Shown here: in pieces, positions 34,066-42,336 of the stretch
How positions within the stretch are numbered: the first letter of the stretch is position 1
Layout: each line of letters starts with the position of its first letter
Source of the DNA: an uncultured Eubacteriales bacterium
Lineage (GTDB): Bacteria; Bacillota; Clostridia; Oscillospirales; Acutalibacteraceae
Length of the DNA: 64,000 nt
Reading direction: 5' to 3'
Assembly (NCBI GenBank): GCA_900316455.1
Contig: ONCX01000001.1
Coordinates: 76,649-140,648 of the forward strand
The notes under the pieces: generated by a model
The model's database searches: none
What the model saw: only the letters and a program-made list of their open reading frames with translations
What the model was told of the DNA's origin: nothing
Position numbers and translations under genes: made by a program

Positions 34066-35466
34066 TTACTTTACAGACTTGAATCCTCTGTCGAGGTCGG
34101 CAATAATGTCGTCAATATGCTCTGTGCCTATGGAAAGACGTATCGTGTTGGGCTTGATTCCCTGATCGAGAAGCTCCTCCTGCGAGAGCTGGGAATGCGT
34201 TGTTGTCGCGGGGTGAATTACCAGCGACTTCACATCGGCGACATTGGCAAGCAGCGAGAAGATTTCAAGATTGTCTATGAATTTGTGCGCTTCCTCCTGA
34301 CCGCCTTTTATATCGAATGTAAATATAGAGCCGCCGCCGTTCGGGAAATACTTTTTGTATAGGGCGTTCTGAGGATGATCCGGCAGCGACGGGTGATTCA
34401 CGCGCTCCACCTGAGGGTGATTCGCGAGATATTCAACGACCTTTGCGGTATTCTCCGCGTGGCGGTCAAGACGCAGCGAGAGCGTTTCAACGCCCTGAAG
34501 CAGCAGGAACGCGTTGAACGGAGAAATGGCTGCTCCCGTGTCCCTCAGGAGAATTGCGCGGATATATGTCACAAAAGCGGCAGGTCCAACCGCGTCCACA
34601 AACGATACTCCATGATAGCTCGGATTAGGCGCGGCAATTGGCGCGTATTTTCCGGAAGCCTTCCAGTCGAATTTACCTGAATCAACTATTATTCCGCCGA
34701 GAGTGGTTCCATGACCGCCGATGAATTTCGTCGCGGAATGTACGACTATATCAGCGCCATGCTCGATGGGTCTGATGAGATAAGGCGTGCCGAAGGTATT
34801 GTCGATCACAACAGGAATTCCGTGCTTATGGGCAATTTCCGCAATAGCGTCGATGTCGGGAATATCGCTGTTGGGATTGCCGAGTGTTTCGAGATATACA
34901 GCCTTTGTCTTTTTGTCTATAGCCGCTTCGACTTCCTTCAGATTGTGAATATCCACAAAATGCGTAGTAACGCCGTACTGAGGAAGCGTGTGTGCAAGGA
35001 GGTTGTAGCTGCCGCCGTATATCGTCTTCTGTGCGACAATGTTCTCGCCGGACTGGGCGAGCGCTTCCACCGTGTAGGTTATCGCGGCAGCTCCGGAAGC
35101 GACCGCCAGTGCCGCGACGCCGCCCTCAAGAGCCGCTATGCGCTTTTCAAGAACGTCCTGCGTCGAGTTGGTGAGTCTTCCGTAGATGTTGCCCGCGTCG
35201 GCAAGACCGAAGCGCGCCGCCGCGTGTGCTGAATTCCTGAATACATACGACGTTGTCTGATATATCGGAACGGCTCTCGCGTCAGTTGCGGGATCAGGCT
35301 GTTCCTGTCCGACATGAAGCTGGAGCGTTTCAAATCTGTATTTTCTTTCACCTGACGAAGCGACCTCGGCTTCAGTCTTCTGTTCTGTTTTATTTACTTC
35401 CGCTGTGACTGTTTCAGCCGCGTTGATGTTTTCCGTATTTTTCTTTTTCTTACCGAATATGCCCAT
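34066..35466 (-). CDS. metY: O-acetylhomoserine sulfhydrylase / aminocarboxypropyltransferase (PLP, Cys/Met metabolism family) with a ~40-aa charged N-terminal extension
   Basis: RFETLQLHVGQ..DARAVPIYQTTSYVF, PLP-lysine HSATKFIGGHG. Strong AAGGAG SD, and there is no in-frame alternative start before the catalytic domain. Confidence 0.9.
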   Translation of the reverse strand: MGIFGKKKKNTENINAAETVTAEVNKTEQKTEAEVASSGERKYRFETLQLHVGQEQPDPATDARAVPIYQTTSYVFRNSAHAAARFGLADAGNIYGRLTNSTQDVLEKRIAALEGGVAALAVASGAAAITYTVEALAQSGENIVAQKTIYGGSYNLLAHTLPQYGVTTHFVDIHNLKEVEAAIDKKTKAVYLETLGNPNSDIPDIDAIAEIAHKHGIPVVIDNTFGTPYLIRPIEHGADIVVHSATKFIGGHGTTLGGIIVDSGKFDWKASGKYAPIAAPNPSYHGVSFVDAVGPAAFVTYIRAILLRDTGAAISPFNAFLLLQGVETLSLRLDRHAENTAKVVEYLANHPQVERVNHPSLPDHPQNALYKKYFPNGGGSIFTFDIKGGQEEAHKFIDNLEIFSLLANVADVKSLVIHPATTTHSQLSQEELLDQGIKPNTIRLSIGTEHIDDIIADLDRGFKSVK

Positions 35467-35686
35467 GATGATTTCTCCTTATTGATTATATTATTTTCTT
35501 GTTTTGTTTTATAAATCTCAGAAAAACAACATGTCACATTCGTCCGAATCTGTAATTGCTGCGGACGAGGTTAATAAAACGCTTCGTCATAATGAATCAT
35601 TCCTCGCTTTGGCGGTTGTCCACTTGAAAATAAACAAGCCGCGCTGCTTTTTAATAAAACTTATATGTTTGGTAGGCTTTGTAGGT

Positions 35687-35715
35687 ATTTTAACACCTCG
35701 GAGCAGATTTGTCAA
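35687..35715 (-). promoter_or_regulatory. sigma-A promoter of metY
   Basis: Minus strand TTGACA-17 nt-(TGt)TAAAAT. It leaves a ~210-nt leader. Confidence 0.55.
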
Positions 35716-35797
35716 GCATTATTTTTTAATAATTTAAAGTATAGTATATTAGTATATTTTAAACGGCGTTTCCGCAACCTGATTTGGCATTTCCAAT

Positions 35798-35845
35798 AAA
35801 AAAAACGCTGTCCGCGTCGGCTGTAATTGCCTGACGGACAGCGTT
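35798..35845 (-). terminator. rho-independent terminator after the TMEM43-like gene
   Basis: 11-bp stem aacgctgtccg / cggacagcgtt followed on the minus strand by U8. Confidence 0.85.
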
Positions 35846-35867
35846 CTTTAAATAACAACATTCTATA

Positions 35868-36962
35868 TTACGCAGTCTGCACATTTTGCTGGGCAGGCTT
35901 CTTCTTGAGGAAGAATAAAAGCACGCCGATTACCGCGACGATTGCCAGAAGTCCAATGCTCAACAGCGGACGGAAACGGAACCACGCAATAATGATAACT
36001 AAGAGCGACTGTGCAAGCGACAGCAGGAATATTGTGAGGAAGAACATGAAATTGACTACGTTGCCAAGGAACGGAATATATCCGACAAGCTTGGTAAGCG
36101 GGCTGATGAACGACATGTAGCCGATAAGTATTGCCAGAAATCCCGCGAGTCTGAGAAGCCATTTCATTATCTTATCCTGAGTACGCATATCCTGAATCAT
36201 CTCGGCGGCGGTGTGATTTCCTCCGGTCACATAATTGACCTTTTTGCCTACCTCAGACGTCCAGCTTACAAAGGTCGTACCTTTGACCTGCGCTATCAGG
36301 CTGACTTCCTTCCAGTTGTTGTACATCCACTTGATCCTCACGTCGCCGATCTGCGGATTCTCAAGGTCAGCGGCATCTGTCACAAATTCGCCGACTATCT
36401 CATAGCCTTCCGGAATTGTCATTTCCTCGTAAGGAACAAGCTCCTTGTTGGTGCTCATTTTTTCAATCTGGGTACTGCTGAGATGGAAGTTGCCCAGAAT
36501 GACGTCCTCGGCAAATGTATCCTCACTCTTGTACGCCGCGGAGGTGGGATTGTCATGACCCGATCTATGGAAATCGCTCGAATCGATCAAGCCCTCGTGC
36601 CATACTTTCTTGTAGGAATAGGTGGTGTTGCCGTCGTCGTCGGTTTCAGATTCCTCTTCCCACTGGTAAATCTCGACAATTCTTGAGAGAGCGGCAGTGT
36701 GTACGCTGACATTGAAGGTACTGTCTGTCAGTTCCTTATCTTTTACGGTAAATTTACCGCCTGTCGCAACAAGTTTATCCTCGTACTCCTTGCAGTCGCT
36801 CTTGGAAGCGATCTCAACGACCGTCTTCTCAATCTCATCGGTTGTCTTGATGTTGCGGACATTATTGCCCTCGTTCCACCAGAGAAGCACTGTGCCGACG
36901 ATGACCAGTATCAGACCGAAAAAAACACCCGCAAACAGACCGCCTTTTTTCTTGTCCTGCAT
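35868..36962 (-). CDS. TMEM43/DUF1625-family membrane protein
   Basis: N-terminal TM, LLWWNEG, IYQWEE motif, central soluble domain, three C-terminal TM helices. ATG 36962 with a purine-rich SD. Confidence 0.7.
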   Translation of the reverse strand: MQDKKKGGLFAGVFFGLILVIVGTVLLWWNEGNNVRNIKTTDEIEKTVVEIASKSDCKEYEDKLVATGGKFTVKDKELTDSTFNVSVHTAALSRIVEIYQWEEESETDDDGNTTYSYKKVWHEGLIDSSDFHRSGHDNPTSAAYKSEDTFAEDVILGNFHLSSTQIEKMSTNKELVPYEEMTIPEGYEIVGEFVTDAADLENPQIGDVRIKWMYNNWKEVSLIAQVKGTTFVSWTSEVGKKVNYVTGGNHTAAEMIQDMRTQDKIMKWLLRLAGFLAILIGYMSFISPLTKLVGYIPFLGNVVNFMFFLTIFLLSLAQSLLVIIIAWFRFRPLLSIGLLAIVAVIGVLLFFLKKKPAQQNVQTA

Positions 36963-37110
36963 AAAAAAACCTTCTTTCACGCCGATATGCTTTGTAAGAC
37001 ATTTCGACAAATAATTTCATTTACTATTATAACATTTTTTACATTTATTTCAAGCGATTTTTTTATTTTTTATTTCAAATCACAACGGTTTCACAAAAAT
37101 TACATATATA

Positions 37111-37149
37111 AAAAACTGCCCTGATTAAGATGAATCAAGGCAGTTTTTT
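37111..37149. terminator. bidirectional rho-independent terminator
   Basis: aaaaaactgccctgatt / aatcaaggcagtttttt. Confidence 0.75.
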
Positions 37150-37189
37150 GTCAATTTTTTCTTACGGGCTCTATTGAATCAAAAAAGCG

Positions 37190-38119
37190 TCAGTCGGCAA
37201 ACATCGGAGTGGAAAGATAGCGTTCACCGGTGTCGGGAAGCAGGGCGACTATCAGCTTGCCCTTATTTTCGGGGCGTTTGGCAAGTACCGTCGCCGCATG
37301 GAGAGCCGCGCCTGAGGATATTCCGACGAGTATGCCTTCTCTGCGTGCAAGCGCCTTGCCGGCAGCGAACGCTTCTTCATTCTCAACGGTGATTATTTCA
37401 TCGTAAATCTCGGTGTTAAGCGTGTCGGGAACAAAGCCGGCGCCTATACCCTGAATTTTGTGGGGTCCGGGAGTGCCCTTTGAAAGAACGGGGGAGCCTG
37501 CCGGTTCCACAGCGACTACCTTTACATTCGGATTCTGGCTCTTGAGGTATCCGCCAACGCCGGAAAGCGTGCCGCCTGTGCCAACACCGGCAACGAAAAT
37601 ATCAACCTTGCCGTCGGTGTCCTGCCAGATTTCAGGTCCGGTCGTTGCGATGTGCGCCGCAGGATTGGCGGGGTTGACAAACTGCCCCGGAATAAAGCTG
37701 CCCTCGGTTTCCTTAGCCAGTTCCTCAGCCTTGGCTATTGCGCCCTTCATGCCCTTTGCGCCCTCGGTCAGCACAAGCTGCGCGCCGTATGCCTTGAGCA
37801 GGTTGCGGCGCTCGATGCTCATGGTTTCGGGCATAGTCAGTATGATCTTATATCCTCTGGACGAAGCGACGGCTGCCAGACCTATTCCTGTATTTCCGCT
37901 GGTAGGCTCGATTATTACGGCGCCTGGCTTTAAAAGACCCTTTTCCTCAGCGTCGTCGATCATAGCCTTGGCGATTCTGTCCTTGACGCTTCCAGCCGGA
38001 TTGAAGTATTCGAGCTTGGCAAGAATGTCGGCTTCGAGAGCATTATCCTCAATATAGTTGTTGAGCTTCAGAAGCGGAGTTCCTCCGATAAGGTCAGTAA
38101 ATCTTTCATAAATTTTCAT
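37190..38119 (-). CDS. cysK: cysteine synthase A (O-acetylserine sulfhydrylase)
   Basis: [13 protein letters not shown]-lysine motif, TSGNTG, GVGTGGT. AAGGAG SD 9 nt before ATG 38119. Confidence 0.92.
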   Translation of the reverse strand: MKIYERFTDLIGGTPLLKLNNYIEDNALEADILAKLEYFNPAGSVKDRIAKAMIDDAEEKGLLKPGAVIIEPTSGNTGIGLAAVASSRGYKIILTMPETMSIERRNLLKAYGAQLVLTEGAKGMKGAIAKAEELAKETEGSFIPGQFVNPANPAAHIATTGPEIWQDTDGKVDIFVAGVGTGGTLSGVGGYLKSQNPNVKVVAVEPAGSPVLSKGTPGPHKIQGIGAGFVPDTLNTEIYDEIITVENEEAFAAGKALARREGILVGISSGAALHAATVLAKRPENKGKLIVALLPDTGERYLSTPMFAD

Positions 38120-38148
38120 AATATTCTTCTCCTTCAAAAATTCATTTA

Positions 38149-38175
38149 GCCTATAAACCTATAAGTTTTATAGGC
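38149..38175. promoter_or_regulatory. 9-bp perfect inverted repeat upstream of cysK (candidate operator or leader hairpin)
   Basis: gcctataaa-N9-tttataggc, 30-56 nt upstream of the cysK ATG. Confidence 0.4.
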
Positions 38176-38318
38176 ATTATATCATTGATTATTCCGTTTG
38201 TCAAGTGTTTTTTTATTTTTTTTATACGGATATTATTATACCTGAGTGAATATGATAAAATGTTGACAACGGTTTGATGTTGTCATATAATAAAATTAAA
38301 AATCAGGGGGAATAAAAT

Positions 38319-38546
38319 TTGCGTACACTTAATATCACTGAGGTCAGCGAGCTTAAAAGAATGCTGAAGGAAAAATTCCGCATGGAGCTTCATTTTGACA
38401 ACGAATATTCAGCGGTTGAATTTTCATTTGACGCGATTCCGTCGGAGGCTATGCTGCGGGCGCTTGACAAATATCTGTCAAAAAAACGTCTCCGCGCCGT
38501 ATTCAACGAGGACGGAATGAGCTTCAGACTCGAAGGGAGATTCTGA
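38319..38546 (+). CDS. hypothetical 75-aa protein co-transcribed with tcdA
   Basis: TTG start with an AGGGGG SD. Its stop is 3 nt before the tcdA ATG. Confidence 0.5.
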   Translation: MRTLNITEVSELKRMLKEKFRMELHFDNEYSAVEFSFDAIPSEAMLRALDKYLSKKRLRAVFNEDGMSFRLEGRF

Positions 38547-38549
38547 ATT

Positions 38550-39278
38550 ATGCCGGAAACAAACGATCAGTTTACAAGAACACGGCTTTTGCTTGGCAGC
38601 GAAGCTATGAACAGACTTGCTGCTGCAAGAGTCGCTATATTCGGCATTGGCGGCGTTGGCGGATATGCCGCCGAAGCTCTGGCGCGTTCGGGAGTCGGCA
38701 CGCTTGACCTTATCGACAGCGACGTGGTCGCGCTCTCCAATCTCAACCGACAGATAATAGCCACACATTCCACCTTAGGAATGTACAAGGTTGACGCCGC
38801 CGCGGCGCGTATAAAGGACATAAATCCCTCCGCAGTCGTCAATACATACAGGGTGTTCTACACACCTGAAACTGAAAATCAGTTCGATTTCCGGAAATAC
38901 GATTATATTATAGACGCAATCGACACTGTAACCGGCAAGATCGCCCTTGTAATGAACGCGCAGGCTGCCGGAGTACCGATAATATGCTCGATGGGAGCCG
39001 GAAATAAATTGGACCCGACTGCGTTCGAGGTGACGGATATTTACAAAACATCTGTCTGTCCTCTGGCGCGGGTAATGCGCCGTGAACTCAAAAAGCGCGG
39101 GGTTAAGCGTCTGAAGGTGGTTTATTCTAAGGAAGAAGCGCTTACTCCGCTTGTTTCGGACGAAAAGCTTCCGGAGGGTCGCCGGCAGATTCCGGGAAGT
39201 GTGGCGTTTGTACCGTCGGTTGCCGGACTGATTATAGCGGGCGAGGTTGTGAAGGATATCGCTTTGGTTTGCAATTGA
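38550..39278 (+). CDS. tcdA: tRNA threonylcarbamoyladenosine dehydratase (ThiF/E1-like)
   Basis: VAIFGIGGVGGYAAEALARSGVG..LIDSDVV..SNLNRQ, ~240 aa. Confidence 0.85.
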   Translation: MPETNDQFTRTRLLLGSEAMNRLAAARVAIFGIGGVGGYAAEALARSGVGTLDLIDSDVVALSNLNRQIIATHSTLGMYKVDAAAARIKDINPSAVVNTYRVFYTPETENQFDFRKYDYIIDAIDTVTGKIALVMNAQAAGVPIICSMGAGNKLDPTAFEVTDIYKTSVCPLARVMRRELKKRGVKRLKVVYSKEEALTPLVSDEKLPEGRRQIPGSVAFVPSVAGLIIAGEVVKDIALVCN

Positions 39279-39326
39279 TAAGAAGCATAAACAGAAAAAC
39301 GTCCGCTTGTTATGCGCTTTGCTTTT

Positions 39327-40163
39327 TTATTTATATGGAAGATTCTGAATTGCGTCCTCGCGTTCAAGATAATAATTATATATAATATTGGAAAGCCTTC
39401 CACGCATTCGCTGACTTGCCTGCCTGCTTTCCGGAGTGAAAGCGGGATCTGAATTGAATATCGCAAGAAAATAATCTACATATCTGAGATAGAAGATTCC
39501 GGCTTCATTACATACCGTGTCCCTGTCGCTGACAAAACGTCCGGTATATATATCGTCGCATATATACCTCGTAAAACCGCCGTGGATTCTGTGTCGGAGA
39601 AACATTCTGCCTGCGTATTCGCAAAGCGGACGGCTGAAAAGTTCGTTTCGGTATATTCCCTCAAAAAAAATCATCATGTCCCTTGCCGATGTGACATTCA
39701 ACCTCACTTCTTCAGGTACTCTCGTCTGACCAAGACGGCATTCCACATGTGTATTCCTCAGTCCAAAACGCCTGCAGCAGTCGTTGATGTAATGCAGTCC
39801 GAGTATCTCTATAAGCGCGTTCGCGGCGGTATCCTCGTTTGCGACTATCATCCACGAGAGCAGCTCATCTATCGAATATGACATTTCTCCGCGCTCAAAC
39901 GCAACGCTGTCATAATTTATCCATAAATCAGGCACTATAACGCATTTGTCAAGCGTCATTTCCCCGTCCTGAACGCGGCACAGCGCCGCAAGCAGAATGG
40001 CAATCTTTGCCATATCGCCCGACGGCATGGCGTAATCCGGCGCGAATTGAAAAGGTATGCTCCCCGTGTCAAAGTCCTTGTAGATTATTGAAACTATTCC
40101 GCCAGCTTTATGTATCTCGTCCAGCATTATCCTTGCCATTTCCTTATGATTCATTTTTTCCAC
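39327..40163 (-). CDS. class-A beta-lactamase-fold protein (serine-hydrolase-like) with apparently degenerate catalytic motifs
   Basis: DMAKIAILLAAL, VANEDTAANALIE and CNEAG occupy the order and spacing of the SxxK, SDN and KTG motifs. Confidence 0.55.
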   Translation of the reverse strand: MEKMNHKEMARIMLDEIHKAGGIVSIIYKDFDTGSIPFQFAPDYAMPSGDMAKIAILLAALCRVQDGEMTLDKCVIVPDLWINYDSVAFERGEMSYSIDELLSWMIVANEDTAANALIEILGLHYINDCCRRFGLRNTHVECRLGQTRVPEEVRLNVTSARDMMIFFEGIYRNELFSRPLCEYAGRMFLRHRIHGGFTRYICDDIYTGRFVSDRDTVCNEAGIFYLRYVDYFLAIFNSDPAFTPESRQASQRMRGRLSNIIYNYYLEREDAIQNLPYK

Positions 40164-40260
40164 TCACCTTGCAGATGATTTTTTTAGCCTGCTCAGTATC
40201 CCCACTCACGCGGAGGAATACTGAACAGGCTATTTTATATTTTATCAATTAATTAACGAA

Positions 40261-42306
40261 TTAATATCTGTCCGGCGTTCTTTTGAGATAAGGAAGCACA
40301 TCTTCGGTATACGCACGCAGAAGCTCGCCGATACTCCATGCCTGTGTGAAGCAGCCGCGTGATGTGCAGGTGAATTCGCCGTCGAAAATTTCAGCCACAC
40401 CGTTTATACAGCCGTCATTCATGTGATCGAGGAAGCGCGAGCATATCTCCTTGCAACGTCTGACCGCGTATGGCGAATGGTCGTGAACCTTGCAGAACGC
40501 GGAAATATAACCGCCCATCAGGAATCCCCAGCTTGTGCCCATATGATACGCCGCGTCACGGTCGATAAGTCTGCCGATATAGCGGGGCTTGTATTCGGCA
40601 TCGGAGGATGAAAGCGAACGCAGACCGTAAACCGTGAGCAGATGACGGCTCACGCAGTCCACAACAGACAGCTCCTTGTGCCTGTCGAGCATGGTGTAAG
40701 GCAGTGAAACTGCGTATATCTGATTCGGACGTATTCTGTCCTCACACGGGTCGGCGACGTCGTAAAGATATCCTCCCCGCTCATTCCAGAATTTGCGGAC
40801 AAATGAAGTCTTTACCCGTTCGGCAAGCTCAGTATAGTGCGAACCGTCGCGGTTGAATTTCTCGCAGAGCATTTCCATTACCCTGAGCGCGTTGTACCAG
40901 AGCGCGTTGATCTCCACGGGCTTGCCGTGGCGCGGAGTCACTACCCACTCCCCTACGCGCACGTCCATCCACGTGATCTGATCCTTTTCGCTGCCGCCGT
41001 ACACAAGTCCGTCGGAATCCATTCCGATTGAAAAATCCGTGCCGTTTTCATAAGCATAGATGATATTTTTAAGCACAGGGAATATTTCGTCCCTGATAAA
41101 ATTATAATTTTCCTCCTTGCCGGTATAGTGCAAATACCTTTCGACGGCGTAGAAGTACCACAGTGAACCGTCCATTGTGTTGTACATCGGCTCATCGTCG
41201 GCAGAATTCGGAAATACATTCGGTATAAGCCCGTTTTTCTCATACATGGCAAAGGATTTGAGAATTTTCTCGCAGTCCTCAAAACGGCGGGTGCAGAGAG
41301 TCAGTCCGGTCAGAGCGATCATTGTGTCCCTGCCCCAGTCGGCAAACCACGGATAGCCCGCGAGAATGGTTTTCAGACCCGTTGATTCCCTATCAACAAT
41401 AAACGCGTCTGCCGCCCACGTAAAATGCGCCGAAAAGATATCCCTTGCCGGATTCAGACGTATTATATCATACATTCTGTCAACATACGACCTGACAATA
41501 TCAAAGCCGTTTTTGGCTGTAATGTCCTCGTCCTCGGTGGAACATATGACAAAGAATTTCTTCGTTTCGCCAGGATACACCTTTATAACGGCGTCGAACG
41601 GCGTATACTGCGAATCAAGCCCGCGAAAGCCGGTTCTCGAATCTATAGCGAGCAGCTGGTTTTCCTCGGCAATATGAGTCGGCTCCGCCATGCTGGTCGG
41701 AAGCAGCGAGCGGTCGCTGTATTCGCCCTCGCTGATGTAGAATTTAGCGTTATAGCTGCTGTTGTCGTTTCGTCCGACAAGCATCGTTCTTCCGAATACC
41801 GACGAGCGGAAATTCGATATATCGGAGGGAGAATTAACCCTGTCTATCGGACGCATTGCAAAGAGCGGAGTCAGATTGATTGTGGCGGGCTGAGTCGCTC
41901 CGGTCACGGTATAGCAAACCGCAACAGTGTTCTTGCCGTGTTCCATGCCTATTGTTTTCTCTATAGAGATTTCGTCTGTCTGATAACAATATGTCGGCAC
42001 AATGTCCATACGGAACTGTTCAAGATACTTGTATCCCTCGGTGCGGTCACCGACGTACTCCTGACAGGCAAGGTCAAACGTCCGCTTGCCGCAGGTGATT
42101 TTCTCCTGTATCTTTGAGAGAACGTTCACTCTGTCCACAGGCGGTCTGAGCGACGCGATAAGATAACCCGCGTGAATTCTCGCCGTATCCCCCGTAACGG
42201 TGCAGCATGAAAAACCGCCCAGTCCGTTTGTAAGAAGCCATTCCTTCTCATAGCCTTGTTCAAATGTGCGCCAGTTGCTTCTGCCAAAGGTGTATTTTGT
42301 ATGCAT
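40261..42306 (-). CDS. glycogen debranching enzyme / amylo-alpha-1,6-glucosidase family (GDE_C, GH133-type)
   Basis: 681 aa. ILAGYPWFADWGRDTMIAL and (alpha/alpha)6-type C-terminal motifs. Confidence 0.8.
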   Translation of the reverse strand: MHTKYTFGRSNWRTFEQGYEKEWLLTNGLGGFSCCTVTGDTARIHAGYLIASLRPPVDRVNVLSKIQEKITCGKRTFDLACQEYVGDRTEGYKYLEQFRMDIVPTYCYQTDEISIEKTIGMEHGKNTVAVCYTVTGATQPATINLTPLFAMRPIDRVNSPSDISNFRSSVFGRTMLVGRNDNSSYNAKFYISEGEYSDRSLLPTSMAEPTHIAEENQLLAIDSRTGFRGLDSQYTPFDAVIKVYPGETKKFFVICSTEDEDITAKNGFDIVRSYVDRMYDIIRLNPARDIFSAHFTWAADAFIVDRESTGLKTILAGYPWFADWGRDTMIALTGLTLCTRRFEDCEKILKSFAMYEKNGLIPNVFPNSADDEPMYNTMDGSLWYFYAVERYLHYTGKEENYNFIRDEIFPVLKNIIYAYENGTDFSIGMDSDGLVYGGSEKDQITWMDVRVGEWVVTPRHGKPVEINALWYNALRVMEMLCEKFNRDGSHYTELAERVKTSFVRKFWNERGGYLYDVADPCEDRIRPNQIYAVSLPYTMLDRHKELSVVDCVSRHLLTVYGLRSLSSSDAEYKPRYIGRLIDRDAAYHMGTSWGFLMGGYISAFCKVHDHSPYAVRRCKEICSRFLDHMNDGCINGVAEIFDGEFTCTSRGCFTQAWSIGELLRAYTEDVLPYLKRTPDRY

Positions 42307-42336
42307 TTCGGTCTACCGTCCTTGCGATTAATTATT

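Noticed and set aside
35467-35686. SAM-I (S-box) riboswitch or Met T-box upstream of metY
   Set aside because: The conserved S-box blocks (GAGGGA, GGCCC, GCAACC, GUGCCAA) are absent. The T-box GGUGGNACCGCG, with a preceding Stem I/specifier loop, is also absent. It is kept only as an unclassified structured leader.
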